A stretch of 64,000 bases of DNA from an uncultured Gemmatimonadales bacterium. Lineage in GTDB: Bacteria; Gemmatimonadota; Gemmatimonadetes; Gemmatimonadales; Gemmatimonadaceae. Shown one piece after another: positions 1 to 9,694 of the stretch (its first letter is position 1; every line of letters starts with the position of its first letter). The notes beneath the pieces were generated by a model. That model saw nothing but the letters and a program-made list of their open reading frames with translations, was not told the origin of the DNA and did not search any database. The translations under genes were made by a program, and so were the position numbers. The DNA is taken from positions 2,848,001 through 2,912,000 of the forward strand of contig CAWKMU010000003.1 of the NCBI GenBank assembly GCA_963850905.1. The letters are read 5' to 3'.

Positions 1-1
1 C

Positions 2-112
2 CCTCAGGCACTCGTGACGTCCCCGGGCCTGGATCCGTACTTCCTGGACGCCGAGCGTGTCATCTGGGAATGGCCCGAGCCGGCGGGGCGTGTCATTGAG
101 GAGTGGCGCTGA
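2..112 (+). CDS. 3' end of a hypothetical protein (partial; runs off the window)
   Basis: Frame 2 reads PQALVTSPGLDPYFLDAERVIWEWPEPAGRVIEEWR* and its TGA (110-112) overlaps the next ATG (TGATG coupling). Confidence 0.65.
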   Translation, partial: PQALVTSPGLDPYFLDAERVIWEWPEPAGRVIEEWR

Positions 113-1743
113 TGGCGATCCGCGGTAGCCTCCGCGAGGCGAGCTTGCCCGATGTGCTCCAGTTGCTTGCCATGGGCAAGAAGACGGGCTGCTTGAGCGT
201 CACCCATCGCGACAACTTCGGCTACGTCTACTTCGACCGTGGTCGCATCGCCTTTGCATCGATCGTGAACCGCAGAGACCGACTTGGCGACCTCCTCGTC
301 CAGGCCGGGTTGTTGACCCACGAGCAGCTCGATGTGGCGATTGAAACGCAGCACGAACAGCCTGACCGGCGTCTGGGAGAGATCCTCATCGGCCTCGGGT
401 ACGTCACGCGTGAGGCGCTCCACGACCAGGTGCGCACGCAGATCGAGGAGGCGGTGTACTTCCTGTTCACGTGGTCGCACGGCACGTTCAGCTTCGAGCC
501 CGACGTCCGCCCTGACGAACACGGCTTTGTCGTGTCGATCAATCCTGAGTCGCTACTCCTCGAGGGCGCGCGGCGTGTCGACGAATGGGGGTTGATCGAG
601 AAGAAGATCCCGAGCTTCGACCTGGTGTTTCATGCCGATCGCGTGCGCCTGCACGAGAGCGAAGCCACGCTGACGCCAGCGCAGCGCACCGTCGTGAACC
701 TGCTCGATGGCGAGCGCGACGTGCGCGCCATCATCGAGGACTCCGGGCTCAGCGAGTTCGAGATCGCCAAAGCGCTGTACGGGTTGGTGTCGGCCAGCTT
801 CGTGCGGCGAGTCGGGCGGACCCGCGCGGCAGAGCCAGCGGTATCGGATGCGCGGGTGGACGAGCATCGCAATCTCGGCATTGCGTTCTACAAGACCGGC
901 ATGCTCGATGAGGCGATGCGGGAGTTTCGTCGCGTCGCGGAGCTTCGGCCGGCCGATGCCGCGGCAGCGTTCTACATCGGTCTCGTCCACATGCGGCAGG
1001 GCAACTGGCCCGCGGCGGTCGACGCCTGCCGGGAGGCGAGCGCGCCACCGTCACCAGGAGCGGCTGCGCTACACAACCTGGCGTACGCGTTGGAACGCCT
1101 CGGGCAATACGACGCGGCGGAAACGGCGCTCGAGCAGGCGGTGGCGCGGGGAGGCGGTGACGACCCGCGCGTTCGTACATCGCTGGCGGTGCTGGCACTT
1201 CGGCGCGGCGACCTGGCCGATGCCGAGGCGTTGCTGGCGGGCGCACGGGCTGCGTGGGGCACGCGTCGGCCGCCTGCCGCCTGGTACCATTACGCCGGAT
1301 TGACCAGCGCCCTGGCCGGCCAACTCGATCAGGCCGTGGCGCTCCTGGAAGAGGGCCTCGGACACTATCCGCACGCAGGGGTGCTGTACAGCAACCTGGC
1401 CGCCGTCCAGGAGCGTCGCGAGGCGTTGGCCGAGGCGGCCGTCGCGGTGGAGCGCGGATTGCAAGAAGACGCGGCGATCGCGCAGCTCCACAAGATCGCG
1501 GGTGATCAGGCCTATCGAGCGACGCACTACGACGAAGCGCTCGACGCATATCAGCGCGCGGCGCGCATCAATCCCTCGCTCGGCAGTGACCTCTATCTGA
1601 GGATGGGGAACATTCGGTATCGGCGCGGGGAGATCGACGCAGCACTCGAGGCGTGGGGACGGGCGCTGGAGATCGATCCCGGCAACGCCATTGCGCGCAA
1701 TAACATCGAGGCGGTGCACCGGACGGCTGGTGCGCCCGCGTGA
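112..1743 (+). CDS. DUF4388 (PatA-N-like) domain protein with tandem MshEN-type motifs and C-terminal TPR repeats
   Basis: N-terminus AIRGSLREASLPDVLQLLAMGKKTGCLSV and the FTWSHGTFSF motif are DUF4388-like. RLGDLLVQAGLL...Q and RLGEILIGLGYV...Q are MshEN motifs. There are many TPR helices (HRNLGIAFYKTGMLDEA; YLRMGNIRYRRGEIDAALEAW). Confidence 0.85.
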   Translation: MAIRGSLREASLPDVLQLLAMGKKTGCLSVTHRDNFGYVYFDRGRIAFASIVNRRDRLGDLLVQAGLLTHEQLDVAIETQHEQPDRRLGEILIGLGYVTREALHDQVRTQIEEAVYFLFTWSHGTFSFEPDVRPDEHGFVVSINPESLLLEGARRVDEWGLIEKKIPSFDLVFHADRVRLHESEATLTPAQRTVVNLLDGERDVRAIIEDSGLSEFEIAKALYGLVSASFVRRVGRTRAAEPAVSDARVDEHRNLGIAFYKTGMLDEAMREFRRVAELRPADAAAAFYIGLVHMRQGNWPAAVDACREASAPPSPGAAALHNLAYALERLGQYDAAETALEQAVARGGGDDPRVRTSLAVLALRRGDLADAEALLAGARAAWGTRRPPAAWYHYAGLTSALAGQLDQAVALLEEGLGHYPHAGVLYSNLAAVQERREALAEAAVAVERGLQEDAAIAQLHKIAGDQAYRATHYDEALDAYQRAARINPSLGSDLYLRMGNIRYRRGEIDAALEAWGRALEIDPGNAIARNNIEAVHRTAGAPA

Positions 1744-1753
1744 GGACCGCGCG

Positions 1754-2575
1754 GTGATCGGTCAGGACGCCGAGAGCGACGAGTCGTTCGACGCGCTGCT
1801 CGCGAAGATTGCGCGCGATCGTGAGTTCGAGTGTGGCAGCTACAAGGTGCGCTGTCTGCGTCGTCGCATCGCGGTCCGACTCCGTGCGCGCAACGTGGCC
1901 ACGTACGAAGAGTACGCCGCGCTGCTCGATGCGGACCAGCGTGAATACGAGAAACTGCTTGACGCACTGACTATCAACGTCACGAAGCTCTTTCGTAACT
2001 GGGAGACCTACGCCGCGCTCGAGCGCCACGTCGTACCCGCTCTCTGGTCGGCGTCGGACGAGGCCCTGCGCGTGTGGAGCGCCGGGTGTGCGTCCGGAGA
2101 AGAGGCGTACTCGCTGGCCATTCTGTTCCACCGGCATGCGGCAGCCGCAGGCCAGGAACGCCACCTGGATCGCCTGGGCGTGACCGGGACCGACATCGAT
2201 CGGGACAGTCTGCAGGCAGCAGCGCGGGCCGCGTACGTCGAGTCGGCCTTTGCCGACACCCCTGCCGAGATCCGGCGCGCCTATTTCAGCGGTGGCTCGC
2301 CGGCGGTGGTCGATCCGCGCATTCGGGCGCTCGTCCACTTCTCGTCCCACGACCTGATCCGGCACCCGATGCCCAGCGACCAGCATCTCATCGCATGCCG
2401 CAACGTCGTCATCTACTTCGATCGCCCCGCGCAAGAACGGCTTTTCCAGCGCTTTCACGCCGCGCTCGCCCCCGGGGGATTTCTCGTCCTCGGTAAGGTC
2501 GAGACGCTGCTCGGCCCGACGCGGAGCCTCTTCACGGCGATCGACGCGCGCGAGCGGATCTTTCGGCGTGCCTGA
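1754..2575 (+). CDS. cheR: Protein-glutamate O-methyltransferase CheR
   Basis: LTINVTKLFRN, RVWSAGCASGEEAYS, GTDID and IACRNVVIYF motifs. GTG start at 1754 is inferred. Confidence 0.92.
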   Translation: MIGQDAESDESFDALLAKIARDREFECGSYKVRCLRRRIAVRLRARNVATYEEYAALLDADQREYEKLLDALTINVTKLFRNWETYAALERHVVPALWSASDEALRVWSAGCASGEEAYSLAILFHRHAAAAGQERHLDRLGVTGTDIDRDSLQAAARAAYVESAFADTPAEIRRAYFSGGSPAVVDPRIRALVHFSSHDLIRHPMPSDQHLIACRNVVIYFDRPAQERLFQRFHAALAPGGFLVLGKVETLLGPTRSLFTAIDARERIFRRA

Positions 2576-3107
2576 CTCGCGTGCGGCCGCTCGCTTGGGT
2601 CAGCGCCTCGTTGCGGGCCCTGGCGCCGTGGAGGCCATCCGGGTGCGGGTGGCCGATTACGCGGTCGCATCGGGTGACGCGATCATCGCGACGCTCGGAC
2701 TCGGCTCGTGCGTGGCGATTGCCATCCACGATGCGCGCGCACGCGTCGGCGGGCTCGCCCACGTGTTGTTGCCCAACGAGAGCATGTCCCGGGATCGCAG
2801 CAACGGCGCGAAGTTTCCCGCGACCGCCGTCCCGCTTCTGCTGAAGGAAATGCGCGCGCTCGGTGCACGCGGCCCTTTCACCGGCCGACTGGTTGGCGGG
2901 GCCAGCATGTTCGCCGCGCTGCTCCCGATCGGCGGCGTGAACATGGGGCAGCGCAATGTCGACGCGGCGCGCCGGGCGTTGGTGGATGCGGGAGTCGCAA
3001 TTGTGGCCGAGGATACTGGCGGAGGATACGGCCGCAGCGTCTACCTCCACGTCGGCGACGGGAAGATGGTCGTCAAGTCGCTGGTCAATGGCGACCGTGA
3101 GCTCTAG
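2568..3107 (+). CDS. cheD: Chemoreceptor glutamine deamidase CheD
   Basis: TLGLGSCVAI (catalytic Cys), GGLAHVLLP (His), GGASMF, GQRN and EDTGGGYGR motifs. Confidence 0.93.
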   Translation: MPDSRAAARLGQRLVAGPGAVEAIRVRVADYAVASGDAIIATLGLGSCVAIAIHDARARVGGLAHVLLPNESMSRDRSNGAKFPATAVPLLLKEMRALGARGPFTGRLVGGASMFAALLPIGGVNMGQRNVDAARRALVDAGVAIVAEDTGGGYGRSVYLHVGDGKMVVKSLVNGDREL

Positions 3108-4240
3108 CGCCGGAGTCAACCACGCGACGGAGGCGACGAGCGGTGAGCGCGTGCGCCCCCGCACCGTGTTGGTCGTGGATGACAGTGCGTTCATGCGGCG
3201 CGTGATCAGCGACATGATCGGCTCTGCTGCCCCCGAGTTCCGCGTCGTCGGCACGGCGCGCGATGGCGCGGACGCGCTGAGGCAGATTCACGGGCTCGAG
3301 CCCGACATTGTGACCCTCGACATCGAGATGCCGGTGCTGGACGGCCTCCGGGCCCTGGCGCAGATCATGGCCGACGCTCCACGGCCGGTGGTGATGCTGA
3401 GTGCAGCAGCGGGGGGCAACAACGCCGAGCTGACACTCAAAGCGCTCGAGCTCGGAGCGGTTGACTTCGTACGCAAGCCGTCAGGCCCGGCGCGACTGGA
3501 CCTCTCGACCGTCCGCGAGCGGTTGTTGAGCGCCCTTCGTGCGGCGGCGATCGTGAATCTCGGCGGGGTCAAGCCGCTCACGGACGGCGCGGATGTCGTC
3601 GCCTCCGGGGCTGCGCGCTCCAGCAGCGCCGATTGGGTGGTCGTCGTCGCAGCGTCCACGGGCGGCCCACGCGCCCTAGCGGAGATGATCCCCGCAATGC
3701 CACCCGCCATTGGGGCGGCGGTGCTCGTCGTGCAACACATGCCCGGTGGGTTCACACAAAGCCTGGCGCACCGGCTGGACCGCGCGAGTCGCCTCCGGGT
3801 TGGCGAAGCCACGGCCGATGAGCTCATCGTCAACGACCGGGTCTATCTCGCCCCGGGGGGATTTCACATGCGCATCGGGCGGCGCGACGGGCAGCCCGTT
3901 GTGGCGCTCGACACGAGCCCCCCGATGTGGGGCGTCCGGCCCGCGGCCGATCTGCTGTTCAGCAGTGCGGCGGAGGCATTCGGCCCGCGCGTCATCGGTG
4001 TCGTGCTGACCGGCATGGGTCGCGACGGTGCGCAAGGGCTCCGTGCGATCCGAGACGCGGGTGGGCAGGGCGTCGTCCAAGATCAGAATGACATCGATCG
4101 TGTTCGGCATGCCGCAGGCTGCGCTCTCGGTCGCTGGAGCCGACCGCGTCGTCCCACTCTCGGACGCAGCGAGCGCAATCCTCGACCTCATGCGAACGGC
4201 ACGCGGGTTGGTCGCCGGTGACCGAGGCATGGGATCATGA
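3088..4240 (+). CDS. cheB: Chemotaxis response regulator/methylesterase CheB (+1 frameshift near 4088, probable sequencing error)
   Basis: Receiver motifs VLVVDDSAFMRR and TLDIEMP; esterase triad ASTGGP, VQHMP, GMGRDG. The C-terminal TSIVFGMPQAA continues in the next frame to TGA 4240. Confidence 0.9.
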
Positions 4241-4771
4241 CCGCGGGCCATCGGGGTGCTCGCCCCTCGGCGGAGACGAGGGCCGTCGGTGCCGGCGCAT
4301 CGCGGGCCCCGCTGCCGGAAGCGAGTTGTTGATCTTCCGGGCAGGTGACGAGCGGTTTGCCATGGCGGTCAGCCCTCTCGAGGCAGTCATCCGAGATGCC
4401 CAGGTTGCAGCCGCTGCCCGGCATGCCCGCCGGCATGATCGGCGTCGCGGAGCTCCGCGGCAGTTTGATACCGGTCTATTCGCCCGCTCGCGTGCTGAAT
4501 GTCAGCGTGGACCAGCCGGCCGCCGCGATTATCGTCCGGCTGGGGCGGGGTGGAACGTCGGGTGCGGGGCGTCGAGCCGCCATCGCGGTGACCGCAGCGG
4601 AGGGTGTCACCGTTTACGAGCCAGATGCTTGGAGTGGCGTGGGCGGGCCGACTCCGACAGCAGGCCTCGTGCGCGGGGTGACGACGGTCGAGGGACAGCT
4701 GACAACCCTCGTGGACGCGATGGCATTTCGTTGCCGCCTGCATGGACGGGTCATTTCGGGAGGACGCATGA
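4218..4771 (+). CDS. cheW: CheW-like coupling protein 1 (two +1 frameshifts, near 4392 and 4727)
   Basis: ELLIFRAGDERFA, then PLPGMPAGMIGVAELRGSLIPV in the next frame, then ...AFVAACMDGSFREDA* ending in an ATGA overlap with the next gene. Start uncertain. Confidence 0.7.
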
Positions 4772-5319
4772 CGACGAGTGCCGCTCGTGGCGCGAGACCG
4801 CTGGCGACCGAGCACATGCCGTCGGGTCACGACGCGATGCAGATCGTCACCTTCCGCATCGGGGCCGACCTCTTCGCAGCCGACGTCAGAGCCGTCGAGC
4901 GCGTGCTCCGATACCAACCTGCGACCCCCCTCCCTGAGGTGCCGCCGTGGGTCGCCGGCGTGCTCGAATACCAGCAGCGCGTCGTGCCAGTGATCGATCT
5001 GCGGGTGCGATTCGAGGTGGCTGGGGCGAGTCCCTCGCCCGACACCCGGATCATCGTCTTCAATACGAATGGTGCGTGGACAGCCGGAGTGGTGGATGCG
5101 GTGTTGGACGTGAGCGCGATCGAACGGAACCGTCTTGAAGCGCCACCGCCGCTGCTGAATGGGCTCTCCGCCGAGTACCTGCACGGCATTGTCCGCCGCG
5201 AGGGGCAGCTCGTGTTGTTGCTCAACGCCAATCGCGTGTTGTCATCGACCGACGAGCGACTCCTCGCGACGCGCATCGCCGAAATGACGCCGAGTAAGCG
5301 GGGAACGCGGCGTGTCTGA
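4768..5319 (+). CDS. cheW: CheW-like coupling protein 2
   Basis: QIVTFRIGADLFAADVRAVERV, PLPEVPPWVAGVL, VVPVIDLR and GVVDAVLDV motifs; GGAGG just upstream of ATG 4768. Confidence 0.85.
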   Translation: MTTSAARGARPLATEHMPSGHDAMQIVTFRIGADLFAADVRAVERVLRYQPATPLPEVPPWVAGVLEYQQRVVPVIDLRVRFEVAGASPSPDTRIIVFNTNGAWTAGVVDAVLDVSAIERNRLEAPPPLLNGLSAEYLHGIVRREGQLVLLLNANRVLSSTDERLLATRIAEMTPSKRGTRRV

Positions 5320-6204
5320 CAACGCCGTAGCACCTCCCGCTCGCCAGAGCGAGCTCCGAAGACGGTATGCGGCGATTGAAGCGCGGCTCGACACTGGGGA
5401 TGCAAAGGACGGCGACCTCCGGGCCCAGCTGAAGGCTGAGATCGTCGCCCTCTACCGCACGGTCGATCAGCAGCTCACCGAGCTCGGGGCCCTCAAGGAC
5501 GAAATCCGCCGGCTCGTCGACAAGTGGAAGGCCGCGGCAGCCGGAAGTGGCCACCAACGCGCCGCAATTCAACGGCGAGCGACCGGTCGCGGTGCACGTC
5601 GATCACATCGGCGCCTCGACATTCATCGAGAAGGGTTGGAGCCGGATTTCCCTCGGCGATTACGAGGGGGCCGAAGCCGCGTTGAAGAAGGCGCTCGAGC
5701 TCTCGCCCAACGACCCGCAGTCCGAGTCGTTGCTGGGGTGGGCGCAGATGCTGCAAGACAAGTACGACGATGCGCTCCTGAACTTCCAGCGGGTGCTTGA
5801 TGCGCCAGCCTGCGAATGCACTCGCGCGCATCAATGTCGGCTATATCTGCCTCAAGAAGCGCATTTTCGGCGAGGCGATCGAGCATCTGTCCAAGGCGAT
5901 CCGTCTCGACAATGACCGGAAAGCCACGCTTTACGCACACTTCTATCTCGGGCTCGTGTATCTGGAGCGCGAGATGTTCGAGGACGCGCAGACTTTCTTT
6001 CAGAAGACGCTCGCCCTTGGGCCTAATCTGATCGAGGCGCATTACGAGCTCGGCCGGGCGCGCTGGTTCGCGGGCGACCGCGACGGCGCCATGGAGACTT
6101 GGCGCGCCGGCTACGCGGCGAACAAGTTCAATCCATGGGGCAAGCGGTGCGCGGAAGTGCTCGAGGCGGTGGCGGCCGGAGGCGAACCACCCCGCACGTC
6201 CTGA
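5312..6204 (+). CDS. Coiled-coil + TPR protein (two +1 frameshifts, near 5548 and 5798)
   Basis: Three consecutive frames join into one protein: a helical N-terminus (LKAEIVALYRTVDQQLTELGALKDEIRRLVDKWK), HIGASTFIEKGWSRISLGDY, then TPRs (ARINVGYICLKK; AHFYLGLVYLER; AHYELGRARW). Confidence 0.75.
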
Positions 6205-6221
6205 GCATCGGCGGAGGTGTC

Positions 6222-7278
6222 CTGAGGGGGCGGACACCGAGGCCGCGCCGCCTGCGGCGCACATCATGGCTCCTCTGCCTCGCGATGGTCCTCGCCGGGC
6301 CTCGCCTCGCAGATGGCGCTCTTGCGGGACAGACGCCGACTCGTCCAGCAACAATTGATACAGTTCCGGTACGCTTGGACGGGGGTCGCTTTTCCGTAGT
6401 CACTGAGCCCAAGGACATGCGGCTGGCAAAGTCGCTCCTGGGGTCGGCGCTCGCGCACGATACCTTCCCCGGGCTCCCGCGACCGCGCGCCCACGTCGTC
6501 ATCGCGATCGCGCCCGACGCGCACCACTTTCGAGCCTGGTCGGGTCCAGCTGCGCCCGAATGGGGCGCGGCGGTGGCATTTCCCGACGCGCAGCGCGTGG
6601 TCGTGCAAGGCGGCTCGGCGACGTCGGCGGCGGGCGATCCGATTCCGACGCTTCGCCACGAGCTCGCCCACCTCGCGCTCCACGAATACCTGGGCGACTT
6701 GGCCCCTCGGTGGTTCGACGAAGGCTACGCCATGTACGCGGAGGGCGGGCCCGGCCGCGATGACATTCTGGGGACCAACGTCGCACTCGCCCTGCGCGGC
6801 GTGCCGACGCTCGCCTCGCTCGACACCGGACTGGTGGGGGCCGAAGGCCAGGCCGCCGTCAGTTACGCATTGGCCTATCGTGCGGTCGCCGACCTCGCGC
6901 ATCTCGGATCCTGATCGCGGGCTGACGCTCCTGTTTCGTTACTGGCGGGAGTCCGGCTCGCTCGACGTCGCAGTTCGGAGAGCGTACGGCGAGCCGCTGG
7001 ACACGTTCGAGTCAGCCTGGCGCGCCCACACGCGACACCGGTATGGCGCACTCGCCCTGGTCTCAGACCTCTCATTTGCGACCGCAGTGTTTCTCGGGCT
7101 TCTGACACCGCTGTATCTCGCGCGGCGCCGGCGTGACCGGGTGCGGCTCGAGGCGCTCCGCGAAGCCGAGGCGGCGGCCGACCGGGTCCGGCTCGCGGTA
7201 GCGCTCTCGGGGAATGGCCAGCAGCCGGACGGCGGCCCGGATAGCCCCCGAGGCGGCCGGTCGGAGGTGGCCAGCTAG
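6222..7278 (+). CDS. Membrane-anchored zinc metallopeptidase (Peptidase MA-like; +1 frameshift near 6907; start uncertain)
   Basis: HELAH zinc motif followed by PRWFDEGYA (gluzincin-type third ligand); signal-like N-terminus; C-terminal TM segment (ALALVSDLSFATAVFLGLLTPLYLARRRR). Confidence 0.7.
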
Positions 7279-7366
7279 CACGTGTCGGCCGGGCCTGTGA
7301 GGTCGTGCGCGCGCGCCACGGAGAGGTGCGCCGACGCAACGTTCGAAAGGCGCCGCACCCCTAATA

Positions 7367-7401
7367 AAATCGGCGTGAAAAAAATGAAATCCGCGTGAAA
7401 A
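7367..7401. repeat. Direct repeat AAATC(GG/CG)CGTGAAAA with 20-bp period in an A-rich tract
   Basis: AAATCGGCGTGAAAA at 7367-7381 and AAATCCGCGTGAAAA at 7387-7401. Confidence 0.6.
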
Positions 7402-7437
7402 TCCAAACGCGCTGCGGGCGTCCTGGGAGATGCTCGC

Positions 7438-7466
7438 TTGACATGTTTTTGTGACAGGCCTACTCT
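7438..7466 (+). promoter_or_regulatory. Sigma70-type promoter
   Basis: TTGACA (7438-7443), 17 bp, TACTCT (7461-7466). Confidence 0.7.
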
Positions 7467-7471
7467 AATGC

Positions 7472-7672
7472 GTGCCAGATCGAGACACCGAAGTAGCATC
7501 CCGAAAGGCGCCCGCCGCGCCGCGCCGTTGGCGCGCGTTAGTGTGGTGGGCGGTGGCTTTTGTGGTGATCGTTTTCGGGTACATCGATTTGGCGATGGGC
7601 GGCGAAACGTTGGCGCCTATTCTGCTCATTGCGGGGTATTGCATCTTCGTACCCGTCGCGATTCTGCGGTAA
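7472..7672 (+). CDS. Small membrane protein (66 aa, two TM segments)
   Basis: Hydrophobic stretches ALVWWAVAFVVIVFGYIDL and LAPILLIAGYCIFVPVAIL; the GTG lies 5 nt after a -10 box. Confidence 0.65.
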   Translation: MPDRDTEVASRKAPAAPRRWRALVWWAVAFVVIVFGYIDLAMGGETLAPILLIAGYCIFVPVAILR

Positions 7673-7750
7673 CACCCAAGACATGGACGGCCCCCACGCG
7701 TCACAGTGACGCGGTAGTCGCGGCGGCGGTGCGTACGGGCAGGATTGCGA

Positions 7751-7824
7751 GGGCGAATAGCTCAGTTGGTTAGAGCGCCTGCCTTACACGCAGGAAGTCG
7801 GGGGTTCGAGTCCCTCTTCGCCCA
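7751..7824 (+). tRNA. tRNA-Val (anticodon TAC), 3' CCA not encoded
   Basis: Acceptor stem GGGCGAA/TTCGCCC plus discriminator A; D arm AGCTCAGTTGGTTAGAGC; anticodon arm CCTGC-CTTACAC-GCAGG; T loop GGTTCGAGTCC. Confidence 0.97.
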
Positions 7825-7937
7825 TGGTGGCCTGGCGGTGTAGGGAATGGCGCGCGAGTCTTGAGTATTGAAAAAGCAGCACCGAATGCACTCTCAGCTC
7901 TGGGGAACCGTGTTCACACCTTGCGGAGGTTCGATCA

Positions 7938-9684
7938 GTGAAGGGTAGTTCTCGGGTCGCCGGCTTCGGCGCCGTGGCGGCGCTTGGTGTCACGCTGCTC
8001 GGCGGAGCCGCCGCGGTCCACGCACAAGCTCCCGGCGCCAGAGCGCGGTCCTGGACCCAACGCCCTGAAGTTGCTGGTCGTGCCAGCGTTTGTAAGCAGT
8101 GACAAGACTCTTGGGTGCAGCGCGGCCAACGAAGTCCGCGATCGGCTCGACGGCGACGTCGACACCAAGAAGCTCTGGGTCATCCAGCAAAACAACATCG
8201 ACGAAACGCTCAAGGCGTCCGGGTTCCCGCCGTGTCAGCCGATTTCGTCGACCGATGAGAAGCAGCTGACGCAGCAACTGCGGGGCGACGCGTACATCGA
8301 AGGGCAGGTGACCAAGACCGCGACCGGCGTTCGCGTGGAGCCCAAGCTCGTGCTCGCACGCGACATCGCCGCCGCGCAACCGCTCCCGGCTGTCGAGGCC
8401 CTCAAGATTGGTGACGCCGCGAAGCTGGTGTCGAAGGAAGTGCTAGCGGCGATGAAGCAGTACGACGGCGAAGAGAAGTGCTACAATTCGGCCCGCCAGG
8501 GACAGTACCCCCAGGCGATTGCTGCGGCCCGGGAAGCGATCGTGGCGTATCCGCAGGCAGCGCTCGCGCGACTCTGTATCGCCAGCACGCTCGTCCTCAT
8601 GAAGGCACCGCCCGACTCGATCATCGCGGTGTCTCAGGACATTCTCAAAGACGACCCGCATAATACCCGCGCCCTCACGATGGCCGCCCAGGCGTACTAC
8701 GACAAGAAAGACATCGACAACGCCGTGAAGGCTTGGGGTGCCCTGTTGGCGGCGGATCCCTCGAACACCGCGATGGTCGAGGACATCGTCACCAAGATCG
8801 TCCAGAGCGGTAAGGCAGACGCCGCCGTCCCGATCGTCGCTGACGCGCTGAAGGACAATCCCGACGATCCGAAGCTGACGGTCCTCTATTGCCGCATTCT
8901 GCTCGCCGCGAAGCACAAGGAAGCACTGGACGCGTGCCCCGCGGCGGTGAAGGTCGATACAGCGTTTGCAGATACGCTGTTCTACGCCCGCATGGCAACC
9001 GCGGCACTCGCTGATACACAGCCGCAAAAGGCCGCGCAGTTCGCTGCCGAGGGTATGAAGAAATTCCCCACCAACGTGACACTGATGCAGGTGGGAGCCC
9101 AGGCCAACCTGGCGGCCGGGCAGACGCAAGCGGGGATCGATTTGCTCAAGAAAGTGCTCCAGGCGAACCCGAAGAACCCGGGCGTGTGGGAGGCGCTCTA
9201 CTCAGCCTACATGGGCCTCAGCCAATACGACAGCGCCATGGCGGCGGCCCATAGCGCCGTCGCGAACGGTGAGGACCCGGGGCAAATGGCGAAGTTCACG
9301 CTGCCGCAGGGCAACGCCTTCTACAAGAAAGGCAATGCGAGCAAGAACGTCGACACATTGCTCATGGCCGTTCGGTGGACGAAGTACTCCGATTCGTTGG
9401 CCGCGAGCCCCCAGGCGAAATTCATTGCCGGGGTCTCCGAGTTTACGGTTGGCTTGCAGTACGATCAGGACGGCTACAAGAACAAAGACTGCGCGACGAT
9501 CAAGAAGGCAGAGCAGATATGGCAGGACGCGCAAATTGACGTCCACGGTGGCGCGGCGACTGCACCAGACGCTGCCGCAACGATTCTCACCAACATTCAG
9601 AAGTACCTGCCTGCATTCCAGCAGCAAGAGAAAATCGTATGCAAGACAGGCGGTGCGGGCGGCGGCGCGACCAAAAAACAGTGA
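7938..9684 (+). CDS. Secreted protein with TolB-N/CsgG-like N-terminal domain and TPR repeats (+1 frameshift near 8032)
   Basis: RBS GGAGGT at 7925-7930; GTG 7938 opens signal peptide MKGSSRVAGFGAVAALGVTLLGGAAAVHA/Q. An extra C in GCTCCCGG joins it to the 566-aa ORF, which has TPR-like helices and several Cys. The domain call is by pattern only. Confidence 0.75.
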
Positions 9685-9694
9685 GGTAGGTCGG

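Noticed and set aside
4345..5319. Tandem CheW-CheW single protein
   Set aside because: One extra T near 4727 removes the cheW1 stop. The corrected frame ends in an ATGA overlap with a GGAGG RBS for cheW2.
7321..7362. Riboswitch-like hairpin containing GAAA
   Set aside because: I could not match the conserved cores of c-di-GMP, SAM or TPP riboswitches, and it lies upstream of the promoter rather than in a leader. An Rfam scan would settle it.
7751..9684. Genomic island integrated at tRNA-Val
   Set aside because: No integrase and no duplicated tRNA 3' end were seen, and the downstream gene runs straight into the core dcw cluster.
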